A stretch of 63,806 nucleotides of DNA, filler included, from Reclinomonas americana ATCC 50394 (Eukaryota), in NCBI GenBank assembly GCA_048213135.1. It is 18 parts of 18 records of this genome, joined end to end, with 100 filler letters (N's around TTAATTAATTAA, not from the genome) between each part and the next. Parts side by side here need not be neighbours in the genome. Positions count along the whole stretch, not along the records: positions 33,789 to 39,035 come from AFZH01022929.1; positions 39,136 to 43,049 come from AFZH01022930.1; positions 43,150 to 44,883 come from AFZH01022931.1; positions 44,984 to 48,443 come from AFZH01022932.1; positions 48,544 to 56,094 come from AFZH01022933.1; 13 more parts are not named here. One strand, 5' to 3'. A program made the position numbers and the translations under genes. Positions 36,861-48,713 of the stretch are shown here, in pieces (the first letter of the stretch is position 1; the number at the start of each line of letters is the position of its first letter). The notes under the pieces were generated by a model. The model did no database searches, was not told the DNA's origin, and saw only the letters and a program-made list of their open reading frames with translations.

Positions 36861-38794
36861 ATGCGCGGCGTGTTTCTCCTCCTCCTGCTGCTGGTGTGCA
36901 TCGGTGCCTCGGCAGTCGCAGGTGTGTTTCCCCATCATGGCTCTCTCTGCGTGTGCCGACTGAGTCAACCCACACCCTGTGCAGAGACAACACCACATGC
37001 GGTGTTGCCGACCACTCCCGTCGGTGCAGTTCTCCACGATCTCGCCCTGTCGCATGGATGGCCAGTGAATCGCATGCAGCCGCTGGTCGATGCCTTGGCA
37101 GAGAAGGTCATATCTGTGCACATCACAAACCTTGTTGCACGCACGCGACACTGACGAATGCGATGCAGTTGATCACGCAAGCGCGGCACGTGCTGGAGAA
37201 CCGCGATGTGGTGCGCGAGACAGTGCAGTCAAAGGTCGTGGAACGTGTGTTGTGGAAGTACCTGGCGCCACTGCTCGACAAATTGGAGGTGAGCTGCTGT
37301 GCGACGACCGACCTGCGTCTGTCGTTTCTGACCATGTTTGACACCAGCAAGAGCAGCAGCGCCGTCAGTCGGTCTTGGCGAGTGGAGTGGACACGCGGTC
37401 GTGGGATCCGCTGACGCTGAACTGGATGGTGCTGTCTGTCTGGTTATATTTTCTGCACTGTTTAGTAACCCCACCCCCATGTTGCACAGGATCCGGCCAT
37501 TGTTCTGCGACAGAGCAACACCTCGCCTTCGTTTCTCCTGGCTCTCCGGGAGGAGCCAGACGTTTTTGCGCAGGTGCCGATCATGAACGCTGCTCTCCCC
37601 GTGGAGCATTGCACTCACCGTCCTCCGGCAGTGTGTTCGCGGCAGCGGTATTCCTGGCGTGCTCGAGACGGCCGTGTTTCATCGCGTGCTGAGTAAGCAC
37701 TGTCGCGCATCGCGGCCTGCAGACCAACCACCGCCGCTGGTGGTGGACGTGGCAGTTTCGTATCGTCGTGGTGCTGCGAGCTGCATACAACATCAGCTCA
37801 CCCTGTTGTGCAGGGATACTCCTCATTCTTCACCATGATGGCGGCTGCGTACGGCTGCCGCAGCACGTTCATTGTCACCGACGCCGATCAGTACGCGCTT
37901 GCTCACCTCAACCGCGACCTGAACCGCTTCAGTGAGGAGCAAGTCAAGATCTACTACAACGAAGTGATTGACACGACGGGCCAGTCGTTCTTCCACATTG
38001 TCAAGGTGCGACAAGACGAGCATTGCGGTCGGCATCTCGCTGCGTTGCTGATAGCCTGCGCGCTCTTTCGTAGGGTGATTTGAAGAAGAAGAGCGCACCG
38101 ATGATGTCTGTGCGTCTGGATGATGCGATTCACGAGGATGTGCTGCTGGTGTGTGTATGTGTGTGTGTGTGCAGCTACTCCGTGTTTTTAAAGTCTTCAG
38201 TCGCTCATCACTTTCCTGTGCCAGCTGCGTATCCACGTCGGCGGTCCGGAATTGCTGGCATACCGCGGAGCGAGCGGCCTATTCGAAAAGCACCGAGTAA
38301 TGCACATGCTTACGCATTTCTTCGAGGAGAGCGTTGCGTATCTCTTCGACAGCCGGTCTCCCCCTGTTATCGCTCTCAGCGCAGTGTGTTCTGGGTAGCT
38401 CCTCGACCAGGAGGCCAAGTTGGCTGCGCTGTGGGAGCTCTTTGACATGCAGTCGACCGGGCACAACACACCAGCCGCTCGTGCTGTCAACTTCCGCGAG
38501 GTGCTCACGCACACGCCGCTCGACACTGTGGATCTGGACCCCGCCGATGCATGCAACGTTGCGCGTCATAGGTTTTCATGTCCAAGCTGCACCAATCCTC
38601 AACGTTGTTCTCGTATGGTGATGGCGGTGATGCAGTTGTCGGAGATCGATCGGTCTTGGACAACTGTGCCACAGCAGTACCTGTGGTTCTCCAGCGAAAC
38701 TGGTGAGATTGAGCGCTTGAATCGAGCAAAGGAGCGACTGCCTGCCGGCAAACTTGCCTCTGGCGGCCTCTCATGTAGAGCAGCGGCTGCCTGA
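36861..38794 (+). CDS. Secreted FkbM-like (Methyltransf_21) SAM methyltransferase-fold protein
   Basis: Signal peptide MRGVFLLLLLLVCIGASAVA; LVVDVA..GYSSFFTMMAAAYG; VRLDDAIHEDVLL|LRIHVGGPELLAYRGA resembles the FkbM LDD..LLKIDVEGxE motif. Confidence 0.6.
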
Positions 38795-38868
38795 TCCCAG
38801 TGAAAAGGAGGGAGAGGAAGGAGTGGAATACAAATGAACGGAAGTATTCAGCGACCGATTAGATTTCG

Positions 38869-40533
38869 ATGGAGGGGAGAGACGCTCGTCTCCCGTTGGT
38901 ATATCATCCGGGTACGCATGCCGAGCTGCCAGCACCTGGTGGGGCGAGTCACCTGCTCATCGCTATCACTGACACACACAGAGTACGCTATCAGCTTTTG
39001 GGGACTAGAAAAGCACGTCGCATGTGATCATTTGCNNNNNNNNNNNNNNNNNNNNNNNNNNNNNNNNNNNNNNNNNNNNTTAATTAATTAANNNNNNNNN
39101 NNNNNNNNNNNNNNNNNNNNNNNNNNNNNNNNNNNTCCGCCCGTTCCGTCTGCAGGTCAACGGTGGGTCCCCTGTGTGCCTTCTGCCTTGTCTGCCCGTG
39201 CTCTTATCGCTGGTCGTGTCAGGAACCTTGCTGGCCTCCCGGCTCGCGGTGGAGCGTGGCTGGGCTATCAACCTTGGTGGCGGCTTCCATCATGCGTCGT
39301 CTGCGCACGGAGGTGGTTTCTGTGTGTATGCCGACATCACCATGGCCGTGCGCATGCTGCAGAGGTGTGCTTCCTTAATGTATCGGTGCTGTCGGGTGGT
39401 GTTTGTTGTCACTGACGGGCTGAGCGCAGGGAGCGGCTGGCGCACCGCGTGTTGATTGTTGATCTGGACGCCCATCAGGTTTGTGTGCTTCTTTTTTGGC
39501 GTGCTCTATACGTGCTGCTGAGCACTGTATGTGTGTGCTGCCACAGGGCAACGGGCACGAAAGAGATCGAATGGATGGGCTCATGGTGGTGCGACCTGAC
39601 GAATACCAGGTGATTGTGAGTTGTGTCTCTCGACCACCTGCAGACAACTGACGACGTAGCGCCGACTACTACAGGATGAGCCGGCAGCGCGAGATGAAGT
39701 GGAGGCAAGTCTAGTCATCGGTGTTCACTTCTGTCCGCTCGCGATCGTAGTGTGATGACATGAGACACTGGCGCCACAGAATGCCGTCTACGTGTTTGAC
39801 GCTTTCAACCACCAGGTACTACTGTCATGTCTGCGCGCGACGATGCTGTGCATGCTTGTTTCATCATACCTTTTGCATTTGCACAGATCTACCCAGCGGA
39901 TCACGTGGCTCGCCGCGGTTGTGATCGAATGCTGTTGTGCACCGGCCGCATGGAGACGCAAGAGTACCTGGAGCGCGTGCAGACCGAGTTGGTGCTGGCC
40001 GTCAACGCCTTTGAGCCGGATTTCATCTTGTACAACGCTGGTACAGGTACATCCAGTACTGCGGCGCTGCGCCGTTCATGTTGCTTCTCACCCCTCTCTC
40101 TTGTCGAAGATATTCTTGTTGGCGATCCTCTCGGCAGCATGTCGATATCGCACGAGGGAGTCATCCAACGAGACGAGCTTGTTTTTCGACTTGCCTTTGA
40201 GCGTCGCTTGCCGATCGTCATGGTACGTGGGCACGTGCTGTGTGGGTGGCGCAGCACAGCGTGCACTGATCGTTTGCGCGCGCATACTACATGACCACAT
40301 TAAAGGTGCTTTCTGGCGGCTACCAACGCGAAACAGCACAGCTGATTGCAGACTCGATCGTCAACCTCGTGCACACGTTTCGGCTCGATGAAGCTGGCGC
40401 CGCCGTTGACGCCGCGGCGGCAGAGCACGGTCGCCATTCTCCAGAGCCAGTGGCCGTGTTTGCCGTGGACGATGTGGACACGGGGAGTACAGGCAGTGAG
40501 CAGTTGCAGAGCGGCAGCCACCGACCTCGATGA
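38869..40533 (+). CDS. HDAC11: Class IV histone deacetylase (HDAC11-like), spans linker at 39080
   Basis: PLVYHP.YAISFWGLEK; GWAINLGGGFHHAS..GGGFCVYADI; IVDLDAHQ|GNGHERD; YNAGT|DILVGDPLG; RDELVF; VLSGGYQ. Confidence 0.93.
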
Positions 40534-40573
40534 GTCCGTCGGACGAGTGAAGCGACCTGAGAACACAAGCATC

Positions 40574-41003
40574 ATGCAAGACGCCTTCGATGTGATTGCC
40601 GGTCGCAGTGATCCAGTGACCCCCAGCAGTGTGTGGCGCCACCGCCTGCGTCCGGCCTCTGTGTCGCCTGGCTCGGCCTCGCTCATGACGGCCGCCGCTG
40701 ACCGCGCCGCACACGCAGTAAACGCCACCACCACCACTACCACTACCACGACTACCACCACTGCTGCCAGTGCTGCCGCCGCCGGTGGCAGTGGGCGTGG
40801 ATCCTCGTCGCTTCTGGTGGCGAGTGCTGGTGGTGTGGGTGCGGGAGTGGGTCTTGACTTGAGTGATGCATCGTCGGCGCCCTCGTCGAGCAGTCGACCG
40901 CGCAGACTGTTTGGCGCGGGCGAGTTCCCACCAGTAGAGACTACCATGCGAGTGGCGGGGCCGCAGCGCGATCAGAGCCAGCATGAGCGTCCTGTGCGAT
41001 TGC

Positions 41004-41038
<35 letters not shown>

Positions 41039-41541
41039 ATGCATTCGAATCATCATTTTCTTCATTGATTGTGACTTGTGTGCGTCGGTGCAGGGTGCGG
41101 CAGGAGGCACCGGAGAAGCCGCAGAAAGTGTTTGGGCCTGGGGGTAGTGGACTTCCACCTGCGCCGGCTGGCTCAGGTGGCAGTGGATCTGCGCCGGCCA
41201 AGTTGCCCGACGTGCGCAACTGGCTCATGTGGTGTCTCGACTGTCTCGGGCTGCGACGCCGTGTGGTCCACCTGTTGACCTACGATCGCAGCGTGGAGTA
41301 CTGGACCGGTCACCAGGCGTCCATTGCACGGCCTGTGGTGCCGGCGGAGCAGGGCATGGGCTTGGCACGGTGGGCCGACATGGGTCTGGAAGCCTTGCGG
41401 TCGGAGATTGGCAGACTGGAGGCGGAGCGCGATGTAGCACGTACACGCGAGGACTGGGCGGCGCTGGCACGACTCAGTCGAGATCTGGCCGACATTATTC
41501 ACCTGCGGGAGTCGCGAATCGCATCGCGCCACGCAGAATGA
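40574..41541 (+). CDS. Uncharacterised two-exon protein with a C-terminal UVR-like helical hairpin
   Basis: Low-complexity N-terminus; LRSEIGRLEAERDVARTREDWAALARLSRDL. Confidence 0.45.
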
Positions 41542-43049
41542 GAATGCCAACCAACACGCACACGCGTGGGAAAATGAATGTACCGGCAGAACGTGAAACT
41601 TGCGCCGGTCGCTGTTGCTGGTGTGTTCGAGCAAACACCAGGAACGTGTTGAAGGGCCCACATGCTACGCTGGCGGGTGACATGCCGAGCGGTCTGCGAC
41701 GACGGAGTTCGACCTGGTGTGGCAGCAGCACATCGTGCTGCACGGCCAACCCCGCGTGCGCTGCCTTGGCCTCCGATGCATCGTCCGTGGTGGCGGTTTC
41801 GGCAGAGTGCGGTATTCCACACTGGCCCAACTGGTTGCAACCGCACGTGAACAGCGTGCCGTCGCGCGTCAGAAACGCTGTGTGGCGATGACCGGCCGCC
41901 ACCGACACAACCTCGCTGTCGAGTTCGCCACCGAAGCAGTCGAGGAGAGTCGGCTGCAGCACCGAGTGCGCAGACGCGATGCCCAGCTGTCCGTTGTGCG
42001 AGCCACCAAACACGTACACATCACCGTGCGCCGTCAGCACCTGTGAGAGGCGAGATAAGGTCAGGGTGCGTGTGACACTGATTCTCTGCACGCATGCGTA
42101 CGCAACAACCGTGTGAAAGAGGCCGAGGGCACAGTCGACAATTTGCAGACCATCAAGCGCCTCCACCAGCACCGGTCGCGAAACACCACTGGCGGCGTCT
42201 GCATACTCGACACCCAGCTGCGCACGAGGACAAGTCAGCAGCAATCGAGAGAGCGACGAACAGGGGAGGTCACGATACACGCTGCGCTACCTGTCCGTAG
42301 TGGTTCAGGCCCCACATCCACAGACCAAACGCTCCCTCAGACGACCACACGGCGCAGTGGTGCCCCGGACCAGCAGCGCACCGAGTCCAGACACCGTCAG
42401 CCGACTGATGTGTGCCCTCAAGCGCGCAGTACGCGGCAGCCTCGCTCGCACCGCGCAAGGTCGTGCTGACAAACAGCTTTCCCTCCTTGCTCAGCAGCAC
42501 CGAGATGCAGCCGGGCGCCGCAGCCACGTCGATCAGGCCATCGCCAACCACTGGTTCCGCATTTGCCGGAGGCACATGCGGATCGAATTCAGCGACACCA
42601 TCGCCGCCGGCGATCGGAAACTCCACTCGCCACTCAAACGCCTGTCCGTCACCTACCACGAACGCACGCGTATGAGATCGCACTGGCGAATGCGACGAGA
42701 CCAACTGCAACGCCCGTGCGACGTACTCATGAGTGCAACCACATGCGAAGGCCCGAGCGCCACCTTTCGCACGCCGACAGTGGTGGCAACAGGTGGTGCA
42801 CGATGACCGCCGGGAGCGATCCACGAGACGCACTGCTGAGCATCGTCATCGGTGGCAACGGTCAGCATGGTGAACGCATTGCAGGCGACGCTGGTCACTG
42901 CGGCTCCTGCTGGAATGCTGGGCCATGGCAACGGAAGCAGACCGCCTTCGTCGTCGTCGCTCGATGACATCAGCCCAGTGCGACGAAAGCCACAACCCCA
43001 CAGCATCTACGTAAGAAAGACAGGTAGTGTCCTGTACGCTCAAGAGAGC
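41495..43049 (-). CDS. RCC1-repeat protein (5' partial)
   Basis: LWMWGLNHYGQ|LG; CALGLFHT; VYVFGGSHNGQLG; VAAGHRHTAFLTRDGTLFTCGCNQLGQCG; VACGPFNT. Confidence 0.9.
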
Positions 43050-43149
43050 NNNNNNNNNNNNNNNNNNNNNNNNNNNNNNNNNNNNNNNNNNNNTTAATTA
43101 ATTAANNNNNNNNNNNNNNNNNNNNNNNNNNNNNNNNNNNNNNNNNNNN

Positions 43150-45281
43150 CGTGACCAAACGAGCAGCTGGAGAGCATATAAACGGCACAGTGACGCACAG
43201 TGCCCTTGAAGGATCGCAGACCACCCAGCATGGTTGCAATGCCCTTGATTTGTTGCGACGCTCCAAAGTCGGCCAGTTTGCACGTGCCGTCTTGGTCAAT
43301 GAGAATATTTGCCCCCTTCACATCACGGTGCACGATCCGTCTTTCGTGCAGGTATGCCAGACCCTGCAGCAGCTGTCTTGTGTAGCTGTGACGGTGTGCA
43401 AGTAAGCAAGATGAGTACGTGGACAAAGTACAATGAGCTTGACAGACTCAACTGCTGGATGACTTCCTCTGGCAGCGGACCGAATTGCTTAATCAGCGAC
43501 GACAGAGAACCACCTGACGAGTGGACAAGTGTCACACACAAACGCACGCACGAGATGTCGCAAAAACCGGGATGACAACACAGGAAGCACTGACCAGCGA
43601 TGAACTCCAGAAACACACGCAAGACGTTGCCTTCACGCTCCGAACCGCGGTAACCGACAACATTGGGATGACGGATCTGCTGCAAGATGGAGATTTCTCG
43701 CTGCAACTGGGTCACTTGCTCGATGATCATCTCGCTGGTGCCCTGGATGCGGAACTCCTTGACGGCGAGCAACTCGCCCCGGAAATGGTTGAGACCCATG
43801 AATACGGCACCAAAACTACCCTGCCCAATCATGTTCTGCACATTGTAACCGAGAAGACGTGAGAACTACTCGCAGCGGCGACTGTTGAACGAGATCGCAG
43901 GTACAAAACTCCCTTGGTCCAGTTGACGACCTCTGGCAAATCAGCACCTTCCTGCGTCGTGTGACCAAACTGTTAAGTGAGGGAAGGGAGGGCAAAGAGC
44001 AGCGACTGGAGAGCGCAAACACATCATCAACACGCAACATCAGTGTATAGATCATCGTCGAGCTCGCTGCCGGTCTCGTTGTGCATTCGGCGACCACCTG
44101 ACCGAGAGCGCGATAGCAGTCCCTGACCACCCGAACTCTTCGTGTCGGAGGAATCAATACCACCAGACTGCTGACGTGCAGGATCAACATCCTCCAGCTC
44201 CGAAGCTGAACTGTGCCCCACACTCAAGTACTCCGACTCGACGTTTGGCATGAGTGTGTATGAATTAGAGGAGTTCGTTTGCAGGCTGGGTCGCTGAACA
44301 ATGGGGGAGCCAGAGTGTGATGAGCGACCGGAGGTTGGCACAGGTCCCTGCAGGGACGCAAAATGAGCACATTATTCACCAACGACCCACCAATACGATA
44401 TCCTTCTCGGCACTCACCCGCCCCTCCGGAGACAGCGCAGCAGATGGCCCAGCGCTCAGACGAATAGAAGAGGCCTGGAGTGCACTCTTCATGTTCCGCA
44501 GGCTGCGCACGGCAGCGAGCGGAAGCGAGCTCTCCAGCATGTGCTCCGCATTCGCCGACGTTGACGTGAGGTACGCTGACACAGCCTCGCCTTGCAGACC
44601 GGGAGCGTCCTCGTCGACTCTGGTGTGCGACAATCCCCAATCACCAAAAAATGAGGCCTGAACTGGCAGCAGTGACGACGTAGAAGGCATCAGCCGAACC
44701 CTGTCTGCTTCTTAAACGCCTGCCATGCCTGGTCCGTGGCAGCGAGATTGGTCTTCGACGACGGTGCCAGCTGCCGAGGCATGTGCATAATGCTCTTTTG
44801 CCTCCCGAGACTGGCGACAGACATGTCTCTGCGCGGCGCGATGAGAGTCCTCGCTCAGCCCGAAAGCAATCGCACGGCATGACNNNNNNNNNNNNNNNNN
44901 NNNNNNNNNNNNNNNNNNNNNNNNNNNTTAATTAATTAANNNNNNNNNNNNNNNNNNNNNNNNNNNNNNNNNNNNNNNNNNNNAGAGCAGGAAAATGAGC
45001 AGAACGCGACCGAACACACAAATGTGTGTCTGGATGTTGTGTGTGCGTGTGTGTGTGTTTGTGTGTCGTGTGCCACAATCAAGAGAGCATACGCAACGAC
45101 GAGTGGGCGACGAGGCAAACGCTGTTTTCGGAGTGCTCATCACACTTGCTCTCCGCTGATCATCGCCACCCGTGTTGGCCGCCTCCACGCCAACGGCTTT
45201 TCCCGCCGGCTGCCGCGCGCTAACCGGCGTCACAGCCGCTGACGTGTCGCGGCGACACGATGAAGCATTCACCGCGCCCAT
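43150..45281 (-). CDS. STE11/NPK1-type MAP3K (3' partial; link to N-terminal exon across the 44928 gap is inferred)
   Basis: [68 protein letters not shown]. Confidence 0.9.
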
Positions 45282-45312
45282 TGATAAGCAAACTGTCGGA
45301 TTATCAAGACGT

Positions 45313-48257
45313 TTAATAATTGTCCTGCGCAAATTCGCTAAGACTTTGTTGAGGACTTCTCCAGCTCCATTGCATCGCCACACCGCGTTTGAAGCGCACC
45401 AGCAGATCCGGCGCCTCGCCGTCGCTCTCTGGAGTCGGAAGTGGAGCCTTTAGTGCCGACGCGAACCACTGTAGAGTGGCGTTAAGGGGGAGAGAAACTG
45501 CCGTGACACGATGACCACAAACGCAACCGAGTCGACATCGGCGGAGCGAGACGCGACGAATACAATAGCATGCGGGTGCGCAGCAACTGCAGCTTGCAGC
45601 TCGTCCCACACGCTGCGCAACAGCACGTGAGCAGCGCTGTGGATTGGCCGCACGAGAGATCACTCACCGCAGCTCGGCGACTTCGGTCACTGGTCCGGCA
45701 CTCGCCGGGAGAACAATACCAACTACTAATGCCTCTGTGCACAAGCGAGATTTCAGGGTACGAATGAAATGACAACAACGAAATGGCGCTGAGCTCAACT
45801 TGACTCGCGCAGACGCAGCCGAGAGGCGGAAAGCGAGTTGAGGACCAGGCCCTGCACAGGTGACACGGCCATTAGCGCACGACATCGTTCACTCTGAGAA
45901 TCGACAGCGTGGCGACGAACTCGTATTCTGCCGACGCTTTCCAGCCAGCGAACGAGTTCCACCTGCCCACAATCGTCAACTCAACTGCGTCACAACGCCC
46001 TCTCCTGCTTGCCGTACCTGGTCGCGCAATGTGGCACCGGCGGCGCAAAACACATGGACTCTGTCGACATTAACAACAGCCACGACAGGGCCTGTGGAGG
46101 GCGAAGCGCACTCCGGCTCGGTACCTCCACCAAGCGCGCTGATGGCAGCAAGTGACGGAACAAAGGCGAATGTCAAGTCGTTCAACTTTGGGTTCCCGGC
46201 AACAGCGGCAAACGTCGTCTGCACACCGTGCTGTGAGAAAACGGCACTGGATGGCAGGCATGTGAAACAACAGTACCATGGAGGGGTCATTCCACACTTG
46301 GGCAATCGAGGGCATCTCTTCGCCTACTGCCAGAACGACGAGGGGCCCAGAGAGCCAAGGTGACCACGACGACGCGTCCTCGGCGGAAAGTTGAAGAGGA
46401 TTGCTGCAGCAATTAGCCAACGATTGAGTCTCAAGCACGTGCAAGGAGAATGGCAGTCACCCGAGCAGCCATCGACGCAACATCTTATCAAACTGCGAGT
46501 GCACAAAGTTGGATATCTGTTCTGCAGCGAGCTGTGGTGACGATGCGCCGACGCCGGCAGTGCTGATTTTCGATGCTCCCTCAACACGCCTGCAGAAAAA
46601 AAAAGAACGCAAAACGTAGGCATAAGGTGCACGACAGAGAATGAACGGTCACGATGTGGGCTCCGGACCACACAAGGACGGGGACCGAGTGCGAGGTAAA
46701 CGTGCGGCACAGCGCTGCTGGTCAACATGAGCATAATCAGTACACCAAGACGGATGTGCGGACCCAGACGTACCAAGGTGTTGTGTGCAGTTGATGCGGG
46801 CGACGCGCACAACTGAGGGCACTTGCACGTCGAACAGAGCTCGATCCAGAATCGCACAGTTCTGCAGAAACCCTGAAAAAAGACATGCTGGTGAGGAACA
46901 GCACCGCGGCACAGCAAACCTTGCACTGGGGTGAGTCACTGGAACTGTGCCGAGAAAAGTCAGCAACAGCAGTGTGTGACCGCAACGACAATGCTGACGC
47001 AACAGGAAGAGAATCCACGGGCCGTGCTTCATCTCGGCAGTGAATGCGTCCTCATGCACCTGCACAGGCACACTGAGCACCGAAAAGAGAGAATCACATC
47101 GAAACACCTCTCCACAAGTGCGCACCGTTGCACCGTCAACGCACACGCTCGACGCCACGCAGTTTGCGTGCACAGTATCCGTGTCGCCATCAACCAGGCT
47201 CGCCAACGACTAATATTGCAAGTCACCGTCGACAAGCATAAGCGACCGGCATTGCTATGTGGGACATGGAAAGCAACACGCACACAAACCTTGGCCGTCA
47301 TCAGCTTGGTGCGCGACTCGCGAGACTCCGAGTCCAAACGAATGCGCATCTGCAGAAGCTCGTCGTAAACAAACACGCAGACGCCAAACAGCAGCGGAGA
47401 CAACACGGGCGAGCACCTGAGCGTTGGTGACGGTAACAGAGGGACCAACAGCCATCACCATGGCATCGTAGAGATGGCTGCGCATGTCGGGTTCATACTC
47501 ACGAGAATCGAGAAACTCTGTGACTGCCGCGGCAACGCGTTGACCGCGCCGCACGACCATCGTCACCTGCTCCTCGCCCACTGTCAACGGCACAGTCACG
47601 TCCACCATGGCACGATGCAGTGCCATACCCTGCTCGCGAAAACACAGCGGATCAGCATGGAAATCGCCACACAAGCAAGGCTTCGTCCCCTGCGCTCACC
47701 GCAATGGTGCGCCCCGACGCACGCTGCGACGAGTAACGCACAGCGTGAGTCACAAGACCACACGACAACAGCGACGCCACACACACACACACACACACAC
47801 AGTCTCACGCGCACACCGTGAACTGCAGCGCATTGCCGTCGACGCGTGTCTCATCACTGCCATTGTCGCTGTCGCTGCCAACAGTGGAGGAGGCACCCGA
47901 CGGAGACTGGCGCAGCGCATGCTGCTGCAACCACACAGGCAACACTGCGGCAATCACCGCCTCCACAGCAGCAGCAGCCTCTTCACTCGCACCCGCCGCC
48001 GCCAGTCCATTCTCTCGCACAAAGTGCTGCGCGGCGGGCGCAATGGCCCCTCGCGCTGCCTCCCTCAAGCCTCCATCGTCGCTGTTGTTGTCGGCGGCAG
48101 TGTGGAGGAGAGACAAAGGCACGCGGATCACCAGAGGCTGTTCGCGACCGCGGACAGACAGCTGCACGTCTATCGTGTTGTCTTCGTCGTGTGCAGAGGA
48201 AGCGACGACACATGCCACGAGGAGAATGCAAAGCGTGCTGACGATGGTGGCACGCAT
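45313..48257 (-). CDS. Secreted multi-exon protein, possibly with thioredoxin-like folds
   Basis: Signal peptide MRATIVSTLCILLVACVVASSA; VPLTVGEEQVTMVVRRGQ..AVTEF; HGPWILF; last exon ..SLSEFAQDNY*. Confidence 0.45.
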
Positions 48258-48713
48258 TAAAGTGCGAGTTTGCGATGGCTGTGCGCGGGAACAGGGATAG
48301 GACGGAAATTTCGATCTCCTCATCATGCTTCTGCCGGTGAGCACTTCTCCTCTCCTCCCTCTTTCTCTCTCTCACTCTCGCTCCTCTCCCTGCCTCGCCT
48401 GCTAGTGATTCACGAGTGGGAAAGGCGGGGGTGAGAAACGCACNNNNNNNNNNNNNNNNNNNNNNNNNNNNNNNNNNNNNNNNNNNNTTAATTAATTAAN
48501 NNNNNNNNNNNNNNNNNNNNNNNNNNNNNNNNNNNNNNNNNNNGTGAGTGTTTGAGGGAGAAGAAGGCGAATTTTCGTGTTTGCTTTCGCGGCTTTTGCA
48601 TTGTGCGTGCGTGCGGGAACGTGGTGTGGGCACTGTTGCTGTGCACTCTCTTTCTACAGCAACGGGACTCCACGATCAGCAGGAGTAGAGGGAGTTCTTC
48701 TGCGCCGTGTCGC

